Positions 31,588 to 44,300 of a stretch of 64,000 bases of DNA are shown here, in pieces (position 1 is the first letter of the stretch; each line of letters begins with the position of its first letter). The notes beneath the pieces were generated by a model. It searched no databases, was not told where the DNA came from, and saw nothing but the letters and a program-made list of their open reading frames with translations. The stretch covers positions 192,001 to 256,000 of the forward strand of contig CM000435.1 of assembly GCA_000165345.1 (NCBI GenBank), read 5' to 3'. Position numbers and translations under genes: made by a program.

Positions 31588-33327
31588 GTGATGTTTGAAA
31601 AGATTTTTGACAGATATTCGAAAGGTATATATAAAGTTATTGATACTTGTGCAAGTTTACTATATTGGTCTTTAAGAGTAACAAGGTATTTCTTTCCACT
31701 GACTATTGCTTTAGTATTGTTAAGTTTTACGATCTTCAGTTTAACATGGATACTTTATCTTGGATTTTATTGGTATTGGATACCTCCAAAATCTATTTCA
31801 TTCCCAATAAATTTTGATTTCCAAAATAAGTACTTTTCTCAATTAATACCAGATAACTACTTGTATAGCGACCAATCCTTTAATAAGTTCTCAAATTCAG
31901 CTCCAGGCTTATCCCAAAGGAATTACCAAGACAATGTATATAATAACTTTATAAACAGTAATGAATTATCTAGGCAGCTAATGTATGAACAATCTGAAGC
32001 CTCTGCCATTCTGAACTTTAATAATATTACTTGGAGGTACAAGAATGTTGGTAATAAAAGATATTCAATCACCAATAAGAGCTTATTTAACCAAACGCAC
32101 TTTCTTGAAAATACTGACATTTCCACTGAAAAAAATGGTGATATTAGTACTGGAACTCTGAGTTATTTCTTATACTTGAAGGATTATTGGTCTTCTAAAG
32201 CTTATAATTTTGTTACATTTAACTGGTACCAAAGAAAAAAGTACTATAAAGGGATTGACGAGGGAATTAATCGAATAATTCACAAACATGTTGACTCTAG
32301 ATTTGGAAATAGGATGAATTCGGAAATCCTTGGAAACGAAATTGATATTATTGTTGAGCTTTTTTACTTCCCAAGTCAATATAATATTAATATTTCTCCT
32401 TTTCAAATTTCTCTGGATTTAATCCAATGCTTAGAACCAAATATCAATCTTAACCTCGGAAGTGATATTCATAATAATAACTCTTCAAAAATCCTGGCTA
32501 GTTTCAAGAAAACATCCACTATTGAGTACTTACCACAAGTTGTCTTAAGATTTAAAGAATACATTTCTATCATTCCGTCTCTGCTTGGCCTACAAATCAA
32601 CTCCTTAGGACTCGGACTTGAAAACAAAATCAGTGTCAAACTTGTTGAGAACTTTCCTCTTCAAAGGAAACATCCCTTCAATTTTAATTCACTTGAAACA
32701 CATATCAAGTTATGTGGAGCAAAAATTAAAATGAAGCCTGCTCTCCACATCTCAAAAAGTCACCTCATTTTCCAAACGAAGCTACCTTTTTGGAAAGAAA
32801 TTATTAGAAACCACCCAATCTTAATGGGAAATATGGTTTCTTTCATTGTCACACTCTTCCTACTTTCGTTACTTTTCTTTATCGTCTTCTTATCTGGAAT
32901 CTATTTCTTATGGAAAAAGTATCCTGCAAACAACTATAATGACTACCATATATCAAATAGCTTCCTTCCTACTGGCACTGTTACATATACTAATTGTACC
33001 CCAACTTCTTCCTACCAAATTAATAGCAATGGATTTAACCAAGGTAATAACCAAGATTTCTCTTCAACAAAGAATATCCCTCTTTCCAATTGTGAACAAC
33101 TTTTAATTGACTATTCAATGACCAATTCTTCCATTAATATCAATGGACTTTTACCTCTTGAAACTAAACAAATTTCTCATCCCAGAAATCAATATATTAC
33201 ACACTCTCAGTCATTTGGCGACCGTAATTCTGATGAAAATATCAAATCTGAGGAAAATGGAGATTCTAATGAAAAATCCATCCAATCTCCCAAATCTAAT
33301 TCTTCCTCCAATCATTCTGAAACTTAA
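31588..33327 (+). CDS. Seipin-like protein (candidate lipid-droplet biogenesis factor), 579 aa
   Basis: N-terminal TM helix followed by LYLGFYWYWIPP (compare the seipin hallmark LYGSFYYSYMPT), a roughly 330-aa luminal domain, then a second TM (MVSFIVTLFLLSLLFFIVFLSGIYFLW) and a Ser/Asn-rich cytosolic tail. The topology and N-terminal motif match seipin; similarity elsewhere is weak. Confidence 0.5.
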   Translation: MMFEKIFDRYSKGIYKVIDTCASLLYWSLRVTRYFFPLTIALVLLSFTIFSLTWILYLGFYWYWIPPKSISFPINFDFQNKYFSQLIPDNYLYSDQSFNKFSNSAPGLSQRNYQDNVYNNFINSNELSRQLMYEQSEASAILNFNNITWRYKNVGNKRYSITNKSLFNQTHFLENTDISTEKNGDISTGTLSYFLYLKDYWSSKAYNFVTFNWYQRKKYYKGIDEGINRIIHKHVDSRFGNRMNSEILGNEIDIIVELFYFPSQYNINISPFQISLDLIQCLEPNINLNLGSDIHNNNSSKILASFKKTSTIEYLPQVVLRFKEYISIIPSLLGLQINSLGLGLENKISVKLVENFPLQRKHPFNFNSLETHIKLCGAKIKMKPALHISKSHLIFQTKLPFWKEIIRNHPILMGNMVSFIVTLFLLSLLFFIVFLSGIYFLWKKYPANNYNDYHISNSFLPTGTVTYTNCTPTSSYQINSNGFNQGNNQDFSSTKNIPLSNCEQLLIDYSMTNSSININGLLPLETKQISHPRNQYITHSQSFGDRNSDENIKSEENGDSNEKSIQSPKSNSSSNHSET

Positions 33328-34388
33328 CTTTCTCATTCATCAAATTATACTAATTCATTTATACTATTCATTTTATCTTCACAATCGTATTGTCTAGTTC
33401 TAAATATTAATTACTGTTATACCTTTTTCTATTCAAAATAACTCATTTTCCTTTGTTTCTCCAACACCATCTACTCTTTTTATTTATCATAAAATATTGT
33501 TACTCCATTTCTTTATTTTTCAAATTCGAATTCTCAATATTCCTTCTTTTGCTCTGCCTCAATACAGGTTTTATTTGGATTCACACGTATACCGGCATGC
33601 AAGCCCTGCGCTGTCAGACTCTGCATGCATGCGCCTTTCCCCACATATACATCCCAACTCCTGACACGTAGTACTCATCCACATAAAACTTAAGTGCAAA
33701 ATAATAAAAAGCAATAGTGAAAGAAAAAATTAATTTTTTTTTTTATTTTTATATTGGGATTTTAATAGCTAAATTAAGTAGATAGGGCATGGAACAAACT
33801 GATACCAATTATTCCTTATCGCAAATGCCCAATCTTTCATTCAGTAATATCTATGTATCCGAAATGCCTAAATAATTAGCAATTATTCCTTGTACTTTTG
33901 GTATTTGAGCGGACAAAAATGATAATAATAATAATATTTACTGGTATTTTTCTACCACTCGTCCATGCTCATGGTTGTTGAAGAACAGATTACAAATCAC
34001 ATATTTTTATGCACTTGGCGAATTAAAAAAAAAAAGCAATTAAGTGAGATCACCTCTTTCCTTTTCCTCATTTCCTGCTTAATCATGGAAATCTGTAATC
34101 CCAGGGGTCACTGCACCTAATTCAAACTTGTACACATTTTTTTTTTTTTTTTTTGTTCACAACATCAACCATCATGACAGACTATCCTGCATATTACACC
34201 CCCTTATACTGAAAATCACAAGTGTCTCTTCTTCAATTTTCGGGCATCAAGTTAAAAAAATTAACACAATAAACATCACTATTAATTATATCAGTCACCG
34301 CGGAGCCACACTCTTATTCAAAGTCTTATCAGTCAAATTCATATTTCCTTATTCTAATTTTTTTTTTTTTTTTTTCGAGACAAGTCCG

Positions 34389-35249
34389 CTATTTTCGGTA
34401 TCTCTTGCCCTGATATGGGTCACGACTAATCGAATGACTGTGCTCTCTACTTATGCTTCCGCCTCTGTATGGAGACCTACTAACACTTCTTCCTCTTGGT
34501 GAATGATAACTGGGACTTCTGCTTGAATAGCGTCTCTTAGGCCTGTAGTTCCTATCATCATCTCGATAGCCACCTTGTCTCCTTCCACCATAATAATCGT
34601 CTCTATATCTTCCTCCCCTGTAACCATGCTCTGGTGGATAACCTCCAGATGGTCGATGATCATAACGGGATGGAGGACCTCCCATTCTGGGACCTCTTCC
34701 AGAATCTCTTTGAATTCTTCTCATAGTTTCCGGACTCTTTCTACGATCGTGAGCTACAACAACTCTAATAGTGCTTCCGTCCAATAAACTTCCATCTAAT
34801 CTATTAACTGCATCTTGTGCATCTCTTGGGTCCATATATTCCACAAATCCGAATCCTCTAGGTCTTCTAGTATAGTAATCAAGAGGAAGATAGACATCCC
34901 TCACTGGACCATATCTCTCGAAATGGTGTCTTACACGACCGGGAGATGTCTCAAAGCGCAGATTACGAACAAGTAAGCTGCATCCCTCAGATACATCAAC
35001 TTCTGACTTTTCACGGGAACGTGATCTATCCCTCTCTTCAACTGGTTCTCTATTATCTTCATTCCTTCCTTCATTGTTACGTTGTTCATCATCAGATACT
35101 CCTCTTTCTCTTGAAGGGGATTTAGACTCGTCAATCTTTCTGTCCCCTTCTCTATTTTCGTCTCCACCATCATTGTAATCTATATATACTTTCTTTGTCG
35201 AGTTATCACCACCAATCCCATCATCGCCTAACTCTACTGAGAACGTCAT
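34389..35249 (-). CDS. SR-family splicing factor (SRSF2/SC35-like), single RRM plus RS/RGG/RD-rich C-terminus, 286 aa
   Basis: The RRM SLLVRNLRFETSPGRVRHHFERYGPVRDVYLPLDYYTRRPRGFGFVEYMDPRDAQDAVNRLDGSLLDGSTIRVVVA aligns to human SRSF2 [76 protein letters not shown]. The C-terminus is rich in RS, RD and RGG dipeptides. Confidence 0.82.
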   Translation of the reverse strand: MTFSVELGDDGIGGDNSTKKVYIDYNDGGDENREGDRKIDESKSPSRERGVSDDEQRNNEGRNEDNREPVEERDRSRSREKSEVDVSEGCSLLVRNLRFETSPGRVRHHFERYGPVRDVYLPLDYYTRRPRGFGFVEYMDPRDAQDAVNRLDGSLLDGSTIRVVVAHDRRKSPETMRRIQRDSGRGPRMGGPPSRYDHRPSGGYPPEHGYRGGRYRDDYYGGRRQGGYRDDDRNYRPKRRYSSRSPSYHSPRGRSVSRSPYRGGSISREHSHSISRDPYQGKRYRK

Positions 35250-35432
35250 TCGGAATCGATAGCTCTCTGAAAACTTAGCTAAAACGACACCTCCTTCAAC
35301 AATCTATAACTCTCTGTTTGTTTCTTCTCGATAACAAGCTATTATTAATCACTAGGTTTTTTTATTCAATTAAATTAATCGTACTTGTTTAGCCGAATAT
35401 ACACAAGTGGCATTTATTTAAAGTCGCCAGAA

Positions 35433-35442
35433 CCCGCCAAAA
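35433..35442. promoter_or_regulatory. E2F-like site CCCGCCAAAA about 185 bp upstream of the SR-protein gene
   Basis: Read directly from the sequence. Confidence 0.35.
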
Positions 35443-35469
35443 CTTCCACTATTTAAAGTTGATAATATA

Positions 35470-36000
<531 letters not shown>

Positions 36001-36948
36001 TTTCTTTTTCTTAGAAAAATAATTTGTATGTATACGGTTGCCACTCCAATATAAACATTTTTAAGAGTATTTTTTTAATTATGCACAATACATTTTGATT
36101 ATATTTGAAATATTTCCTAGTCATAGCCTTGTATTTTGTTGTATTCCCTCAAGTCTCTCTATTCTCTAGATTACAACCTCGAGTATGGAAAGAAAAGAAA
36201 ATCTTGCATATTTCAATTGTGGCTATTCTTTAATTAATCTTTTTAATTGTTTACTGCTCAAATTCATCTACAGGTTGAGAACTCTATACCCTGGAAAAAA
36301 TAAATTTTTATTTTCCATGCATGCGTTTTTTAAAACTATTGAAAAAAAAGCTGCATGCAATTTACTTGTTCATAGCATTGAATGACTTATTATCTAGTGA
36401 GGATATTTTAGATAAAAATATATTATTTATTATTTCTTCTTTCCCTTTTTTTTTTTAACTAAATAATTTCTGAGAATCCATATGGATTTTCCCATTGAGT
36501 GATTTCCTACTAACACAAAAGCGTATTACAAGTAATAGCTAAATAATAACAAAAAGAAAGCAAAAGAGATTAAAATATGAAATAGATACAAACACAGAAT
36601 TTGGAGGATAAATGTTAGTAATAATTAATACCTATATATTATAGATTAAAGTAAAACAACAACTAGGCAGATTGTAGTAAGTAATTTAATAGTCTTAAAA
36701 AGAAAGACAGTTGGGTTGAAGATGATCTCCAAAGTCATTTATAGAATCCATGGGATTCTTTGATTCTCGTACGATTTTAAATTTAAAACTTTCACCAAGT
36801 TGAGGTTATTAGTATTTTGAGAAAACAGCCCCAGCTGAGTTTCATACACTTTTGAGGTATCAAAATGTTGGTAATTGTCTGTATTATGGGACTTTGAAGT
36901 GTTCCAAAATATTTAAACGAATTAGGATCTGTTAGTACTTATTCTAGC

Positions 36949-38370
36949 TTAAAACACAATGTTCCCACTTTCTCTTTCTTTAGCAAACATCTCGTAATAC
37001 TGGAAAATGATCGTAACAGCCAGTAAAATACCAGTTCCACTACCGATAGCTCCAAGGAAATCTGCAATTATAGTTAGAGCTCCAATACACATACCACCAA
37101 AGGCAGCAGCAGTGGGGATGTAACGATTTAAAACTTGAACAAGTGAGCTATCTCTGTATCCCTTCATAATCATTTGTTGATCTCTGAGTTGCTTCGCAAC
37201 ATCCTTTGCAGAAGATCCAGATACTTCGATCCAGGTTTTGGAGAAGAGAGCACATGATATTAAGACAAACGAGATGTAGAAGAAGGTGTGAATTGGATCA
37301 GAAACTACATCCACCAAAGAGTTAGGAGGTGAAATGTAGTATGCAATACCTCCAACTGGAATAGATTGGCCACCAACATCAAGTTCTTGCCATTGTCCGA
37401 GAATATTCACAAGCATATTTGATTTGAATCTGCGGTAAAGTAGCTGGGAGAAGAAGTATAGATTAGATACAAGAGCAGTTTGAAGGATAATTGGGATGTT
37501 TGATGTGTAGAAGAGCTTAATTGGGAACGAACCCTGTTGGCCACGTACCTTCTGGTACTTAACAGCAAGATCTACTCTGAATCCTTGGAAGTAGATAACA
37601 ATAAGGAAAACCAATACAGTCGCAAGTAAGTTTGTCATATTTGTAGCGTGGGATCTGTAGAAGGCTTCTCTTAATGCTGAAATCTTATCAGGCTTTGTGA
37701 ATAGAAGATGGAAGAGAGCAATAACTGCACCTTCGAATTCAGTTCCTCTACCGGTATTAATAGTTGTTGGACTAAATGCCTTCCAGACAATAGTTTCACA
37801 GATATTGGTAGCAATAAAGAGTGAAATACCTGATCCAAGACCATAGCCTTTTTGCATGAGCTCATCAAGAAGAATAACTACAACACCAGCAAAGAAGAGT
37901 TGAATGATGATCAAAATTGCATTCCAGGCACCAATTGTTCTAATATCACCATACATACCACTAATAACATATGCAACAGCTTCACCCAATGTGATAAGTA
38001 AGCCAAAAAGTTTCTGTGCTCCTTGGAAAAGAGCTCTATCTTCCTTTAAACTTTGATCAACATCGATGATTTTGCTTCCTGCTAATAACTGCATAACCAT
38101 ACTGGAAGTGACAATTGGTGAAATACCCAATTCCATGAGTGTTCCTCTGTTTGAAGCCAAAATTACTCTAACCCAGTAGAATGGATCCGAGCTTTTGCTA
38201 CTTAAAACTCCGTAAAGTGGAATTTGACAGCATACCAAAAAGACAAACAGAGATATTAAAGTCCATAGGACTCTCTCCTTAAAGGGTACTCTGCGGTCTG
38301 GAGACGATACCTCAGGAATGACGCACAGAGCTGGCTTAATCAAATTCAAAAATCTCAATCCCTTAGCCAT
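36949..38370 (-). CDS. SEC61A: Protein translocon subunit Sec61 alpha (SecY family), 473 aa
   Basis: [104 protein letters not shown] is near-identical in pattern to human SEC61A1 residues 1-100. Confidence 0.97.
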   Translation of the reverse strand: MAKGLRFLNLIKPALCVIPEVSSPDRRVPFKERVLWTLISLFVFLVCCQIPLYGVLSSKSSDPFYWVRVILASNRGTLMELGISPIVTSSMVMQLLAGSKIIDVDQSLKEDRALFQGAQKLFGLLITLGEAVAYVISGMYGDIRTIGAWNAILIIIQLFFAGVVVILLDELMQKGYGLGSGISLFIATNICETIVWKAFSPTTINTGRGTEFEGAVIALFHLLFTKPDKISALREAFYRSHATNMTNLLATVLVFLIVIYFQGFRVDLAVKYQKVRGQQGSFPIKLFYTSNIPIILQTALVSNLYFFSQLLYRRFKSNMLVNILGQWQELDVGGQSIPVGGIAYYISPPNSLVDVVSDPIHTFFYISFVLISCALFSKTWIEVSGSSAKDVAKQLRDQQMIMKGYRDSSLVQVLNRYIPTAAAFGGMCIGALTIIADFLGAIGSGTGILLAVTIIFQYYEMFAKERESGNIVF

Positions 38371-38557
38371 TTTCTCTTAACTTAGCTTCTTAAGCTATAA
38401 ATGTAATTAAAGTTCAACTTTAATCTCGTGTTTTTTTGCTCGTCCACCCCTCACTTTCATTTACCCTCGCGCTCTTGCCTTGAGCTCTTCTTCATGGTCC
38501 AAAACAAATATCCATACGTCTCAACAATTACCGCCCACAGACCCCCACATCCGTTCA

Positions 38558-38567
38558 TTTTGGCGGG
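38558..38567. promoter_or_regulatory. E2F-like site TTTTGGCGGG (plus an ACCGCCCAC GC-box at 38529-38538) about 190 bp upstream of Sec61 alpha
   Basis: Read directly from the sequence. Confidence 0.35.
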
Positions 38568-38769
38568 CATTCCTTGTGTTATAAATGGATGCAAAAGAGG
38601 TTAGAGATTAGGAAGTCTCAACAAATAAATCATGCAAAATTAACAGGCTATTTAAATATAATTGCTTAATAATGAAGCCTTTTTTAAGTAAATGTATATT
38701 TATGCATATATATACATACTTTAATCAGCTATAGATACGCCCTTAAATTCTACGAAGATCTTATCTAAT

Positions 38770-40374
38770 TTAAGATTCTTGTTTTCTTGTGTTCTTTTTG
38801 ATAATCTTCTCTAAATCACAGTAAAATGAATTTCTATTTATAGGAATGGTTTTTCTAGTCCTAGTATTTTCCTCTATTATTGTAGCCGGGTTTTTTCTCC
38901 CGTCTCTTCTGGATTTTCTGAATTGTCCATATGATGACATAGGCAATGGTATTATATTATGGTTTGTATTTAAACCAGAAGATAAATCCGAAGGACAGTC
39001 AATTATAGGCTCCCACATAACCAGACATGGCTTAGGATTTTGTCGGATTGGTAGGGTGTTTATTTTGTTAATATTAGAAATCTCAACTTTCTTAAGTTCA
39101 GTCTTTTTAAGTTTTGGGAATGAATTTATAATTGAAATATTGATAATCTTTTCAATATTCTTGAAAACAACCTGCTTGTTATTAAATATCTCTATATCAG
39201 TTTCAGTATACTTTTCTGAAAAACTGTTATTTACTAATATATCATATAAAACCTCACTTTCATCCGGTATGTTTTTTTCTGGTAATGCAGAATAATCATT
39301 TGTTGTATTTTCAAGTTGTAGCTTTAATCTAGAATTCTCTTCTTTGAGATACTGAAGGTCCAAGTTTAAGATTTGGATTTGATCTTTCAATTCCAAGATT
39401 CCTAAATCTTCTTCACGAAAAGTCTCTTGCAGGCTTGAATTATCGCATTTTCTGTTATTCTGGCAATTAATTACTTGATTAAAGTTAGTAATTGGCTCTA
39501 ATTTAAGAGGAGTAATTTTGTTTTCATTTTCTTTTTTAATATTTTCATTTACATATATACATTCTATTTTTTCATCACTCCCAAAATATATACCGAGCTC
39601 ATCCCTTGGAGATTGACACAAACTTTGTTCATTATCTGTTTTTATATATTGTTCAAATTCCTGATCTTGTCCAATATTCAATTCTTGAATATTGATCTGG
39701 GATATTATTTCGTTATTAGTTTTACTCAATTCTTTTAAGTCACACTTTAAATATTCAATCTGCTTTTCATGAGCATAACACAATGCTTCCTTGCTTCTAA
39801 GCTTAATTTCCATCTCTTTAAGCTTGTTTTCTAATTCTCTTGTCTTATCGCTCTTAATTTTATCTAATTCATTATTCATCTCAACATCATACTTTTCGAT
39901 CTTATTTCTATGCTTTGTTAGTCTATTTACACTCCTACAAAGTCTTATTAAACTGCTATTTTCATTAATTTCACTGAGACCTAGTTCATTACAATCCCCC
40001 AGTGAATTTGAAATACCTTCAGAATCATCTCCTCCTTCATTTTCATTCACTACTTTACAATTAACATAACATTTTGTTCCTACTAATGCGGAAGTAAGAG
40101 TCTCCAGACTAATCACTGAATTATCCAATGCTATCAAATACTCATCATCAATATTTTCTTGATTATTTAATAAACTATTTTTTAATAACTCTTTCATCCC
40201 TTCAATAAATTCGGACTTTTTTAAACCCTGATTAATTCTTTCATTTCCACTTCCACACAAATGATATAATTCTAATAGCTCATTTTCAAGGCTGCAAAAC
40301 AGTCCTGCCAACTGAATTGTCACGTTATCTATTCTTTTCACTAAATCCCTTACTCCATCATCAAAATCCAGCAT
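38770..40374 (-). CDS. Hypothetical coiled-coil protein, 534 aa. No family recognised.
   Basis: Complete ORF with heptad-rich, E/K/L-rich segments (ELENKLKEMEIKLRSKEALCYAHEKQIEYLKCDLKEL; QILNLDLQYLKEENSRLKLQLEN). Confidence 0.5.
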   Translation of the reverse strand: MLDFDDGVRDLVKRIDNVTIQLAGLFCSLENELLELYHLCGSGNERINQGLKKSEFIEGMKELLKNSLLNNQENIDDEYLIALDNSVISLETLTSALVGTKCYVNCKVVNENEGGDDSEGISNSLGDCNELGLSEINENSSLIRLCRSVNRLTKHRNKIEKYDVEMNNELDKIKSDKTRELENKLKEMEIKLRSKEALCYAHEKQIEYLKCDLKELSKTNNEIISQINIQELNIGQDQEFEQYIKTDNEQSLCQSPRDELGIYFGSDEKIECIYVNENIKKENENKITPLKLEPITNFNQVINCQNNRKCDNSSLQETFREEDLGILELKDQIQILNLDLQYLKEENSRLKLQLENTTNDYSALPEKNIPDESEVLYDILVNNSFSEKYTETDIEIFNNKQVVFKNIEKIINISIINSFPKLKKTELKKVEISNINKINTLPIRQNPKPCLVMWEPIIDCPSDLSSGLNTNHNIIPLPMSSYGQFRKSRRDGRKNPATIIEENTRTRKTIPINRNSFYCDLEKIIKKNTRKQES

Positions 40375-41381
40375 TATTTTTAATATTTAATATATTTTTC
40401 CCCCTAATCTTCTCACTATATAAATATCTAAAATATTTGTTTAATCTTTTTAAAAAAAATCGTTATTTGTGTGTTAATTTTTAATATTACGCTGTTTCGT
40501 AATTAATTTTTCCATACAATTTTAAGTGTGTATTTATTTAAACTAAATCAAATTGAATTATTTACATTTTAATGAAAACTGTAGAAATTGGAAATTTACT
40601 TAAACCTATTCAAGCTAAAAAATCCTTTAAAAATGCAACATTAAAAAAATAATACTACTTGTTTATCTACTTAACTATTTCATTCTTTTTTATAATTCAT
40701 ATTGGCATTTTTATATTTAAACATGCATACAAACTCTTTTCCCGCGTACTCTATACCGGCATTTACCTTTATTTTTACATAAATTACGTGTGCAAATAAT
40801 AAATATTTTGACACGTAATGTCAGAAATATTTTATTGAAAAAAAAAGAAAAACTAATGAAGCAAAATTTTTTACATAATTTATGCATCTACTTATCTATA
40901 CTCTATTTTCCTTGCTTTATATTTATTTAAAGTATTCTCTTTTTATCTAATGAACTGAATAAATATAAAGTTAACAAAATTAATGTCTTTACCCTTCCCC
41001 CCACTATTTCTACAAAGGATTAAATGCATATCTGCATGCATACATGCAAAATCAATATTTGAATTCCAAATAGTATCAAATTTATAAAATGCTGAGAAAT
41101 GAAACAAAATAACAATTAATTGAAAATAATATAACATTAATCGCCTTATTAATAAGCTGTCTAATCTACATTTAACTAAAAAAAAAAAAGAAATAATACT
41201 TTTCCACTCTTTTCTTTGAAAGAAGCAGAACAATCGTGTTAAATTTAAATATAAATAGTAATAATATTAAAATAGTTGGTTGTATATTGTTTATTGTCAA
41301 AAAGTTAAAATTTTGTTACATGAAAATTATATGGAATTTTATTTCCCTTTCTGGATCAAAGTGTATGTATTATAGATATTT

Positions 41382-44300
41382 TCACAATTCTTCGTCTCTA
41401 TTTGAGTTACCATCACCTTGCTTTATTTGCAAGTCAGAATCAGACTCATTTTCAGAGTATGAAACTAAATCTGAATCCGAACCTGAACTCGAATCTGAAT
41501 TTGACATTTCTTCATCACTCTTCTTGTTCAAATCACTCTGCTCATCTGAAGAAGTGGAAAGTATAATATCATCATCTGAATCAGAAGAAGTGTTTCTGTC
41601 TTCAGAGTTATTGTCAGAGGATTCTGTTTGCTCCATTAAATCATTCGACTTCTGATCTTCTCGCTGTTGATTAATTTGGATCGAGTTTATATTAGAGTGA
41701 CCAGAAACCAAAGCTACATTCTTCTTAATCCTAAGCATATCCTTTATGGTATCCTCGTTTCCGTATTCCAGCTCAAACTGGTTCCAGGAACTCCAGAATT
41801 TATTAAATATTTCAATATGCTCATTCATCAAATATATATTTGGAATCAAATCACCAGCAAAAATAAATATTGATCTAACTCTATTAACTTCTCCCATATT
41901 TAATTCAAAATTTATATATCTTAAAGACAATCTAATAATAATATCAGAAGCTTTAATATCATCAATTGCCATATCAAATATCTTTCTAGTATATGAGATA
42001 TCTCTGCATTTTAGGGTCAATTTAATCCATTTAGAATACAGATTTAGTTTATGTTGATCATGATCTTCTAATTCATTCATTGCTCTGTTAAGTATATCAA
42101 AAGACCTACTTACTCTTCCAATCTTGGCTTCATAAGCTGAATAAATACCATAAGCAATAAATACACAATTTAAGTAATATTTTCGATCTTTTTCCTTTAA
42201 ACTACTCTTTTTCCAACTTATTAGAGATTCTAAACATTGATCAAAGACATCTCTTAAACGATCGATCTTTAAATTACCATAAATTGTTGTATCTATATCT
42301 GAATCATCAAAAAGTTTAATAATATTTAGTCCATTATTATAATGTGAAATAAAACTATCAATATAATCGAGCCATAAGCCAAATGAAAACTGTATTGTTA
42401 AACAATTAATAGAACGTTCATATAGTGAAAATGATTCCTCGTAGCACTCTTTATCCCTCAAATAAGATCCAAAAGTTACCAATAAATTTGCTGTTGCCAT
42501 ACCACTCTCAAATAAATCCTCAATTAATGCTCTTGAAGATTCCAAAGTTCCAAAAGACATCTCAAGATCAGCTGCCAAATTCCATATACGACCATTTCTT
42601 AAGGTTATTTTGCTTTTTTGTTCTTTTGCCATACATATACTTCTTCTGGATAAATTTAAAGCTTCTTCAAAATTCCCAAATCTAAGTTCCATTTCAATCC
42701 ACTCTGTCCAAATTAGAGAATAATCCTCAATATAATCTTCTGATAAGCTTCTCTCAAATATATCTCTTGCCAAATCAATTAATTGATCACTTTTACTACT
42801 CTTTTTCTTATCAATATCCAATCTATCATGACCATTATCAATACTACTTGTCATATAAGATGCATAAAATATCCAGAAAACATTCTTACTCTTATCTTTT
42901 ATTATTGAAAAGTCTATAGTTTCTAAGGCTTCTTCAAATACTTTTACTACCTCAAGTGATGGATGACTTTTCTTTTCTATTGTTTCATTCTGTATTAATA
43001 CATTAATATACTCGATCCATCTAGATACATTATTTGTATCACTCTTGACCATTGTCCTAAATAATAACTTTTTATGATCTTTAATGACTTTCTCCAAGTT
43101 TAAGATATTATTTTCAATAATTTCTGGAGAATATTCATTTTTATTAGATAAAGATGAATCCAAGCTTTGTGAAGATTTTAACATTCTATTCAAATGAATT
43201 GTTGAAAACATCATTAGAGAATCATAAATTGTAATAAAATCATAAACAAAAAGACAATTCTCTATTCCAAAATTAAAAGTACTTTTCACCTGTTCCCAAT
43301 TGGCTAATTTCATAAAAATCTCAGAAACTTTACAAACCACCTCTCCAAAAGTAAGCCTAAATATGGGTTTCATTTTCTGTTGATCTTCATCATCTTGAAT
43401 ATTCTCATTATTAATATCCTGATAAACACGACTATCACATGTTCTCAATTTCTCAAGCATTAAATTCATTGTATAAGTTAGAATCTTATTATAGTCAATT
43501 TTTAATACATACTCAGTAATTATAACCAAAATTAAGCCAATCAAGTCATCCATTTCTCCAATCTTATAGTTAACTCCTCCAACTAATACTCCCTTTTTCA
43601 AGCCTTCAAAAGTTTGTTGAATTCTTAAATTTCCTTCCTTTTTCAAAACTATATCTATAAGCTTATCTAAACATTCTTCATATCTACCTCCATCAATCAA
43701 AGCTTGAATATACATCCTAATTCCCTCAACATATGAAAATAATATAAACCGCCTTGAAATACTTATTGATAATTCTGGAATATTCATTTCCATTGAATAT
43801 TCCAAATACCTTTCCCATATCTTGTGATGTTGTTCAATAGGCAAACTCTTCAAACTTCTGTCTAAAACTAAACGTGAGTTGGTAAATTCTAGACGAGATT
43901 TACGTAAATAGGCATTATATCTTAGCCAAAGATCTAAATCATTGCATGATTTGAGACTATTTTCATATTCCTCAGTTAAATCTAATCCTATTAATCTTTT
44001 ACTTAACTTGATTTCCATAAAATTCTCATAATCTTCCATAAAACTAAGATACTCCACCCATATTGATGATACTCTTCTATTAGTTGAAGATAATGCTCTC
44101 CTTAATATTAACAAACAGTAATCCTGCTTATACATTAATTCAAGATTATTATCATCAATACCCTGTTTTTCTTGAGCATCCCTATTTTTCCATTCATCTA
44201 ATTCATTATTTAACTCTGTCTTATCCATCATATAAGCAACCTCATGGCTCAATCCATCTCTATTAATTTCAATATCTCTCCTTATCTTTGATATATATTC

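Noticed and set aside
34355-34373. Genomic A19 tract 16 nt downstream of the SR-protein stop codon (T19 on the plus strand), with a similar T18 at 34137-34156
   Set aside because: Most likely simple homopolymer runs in a 3' UTR or spacer. Their only practical relevance is as internal-priming artefacts in oligo-dT data, so they are not a feature in themselves.
41236-41655. 139-aa plus-strand ORF overlapping the 3' end of SYF1
   Set aside because: It is antisense to the acidic Ser/Asp/Glu-rich SYF1 tail. Its composition mirrors that low-complexity sequence, and it has no independent support.
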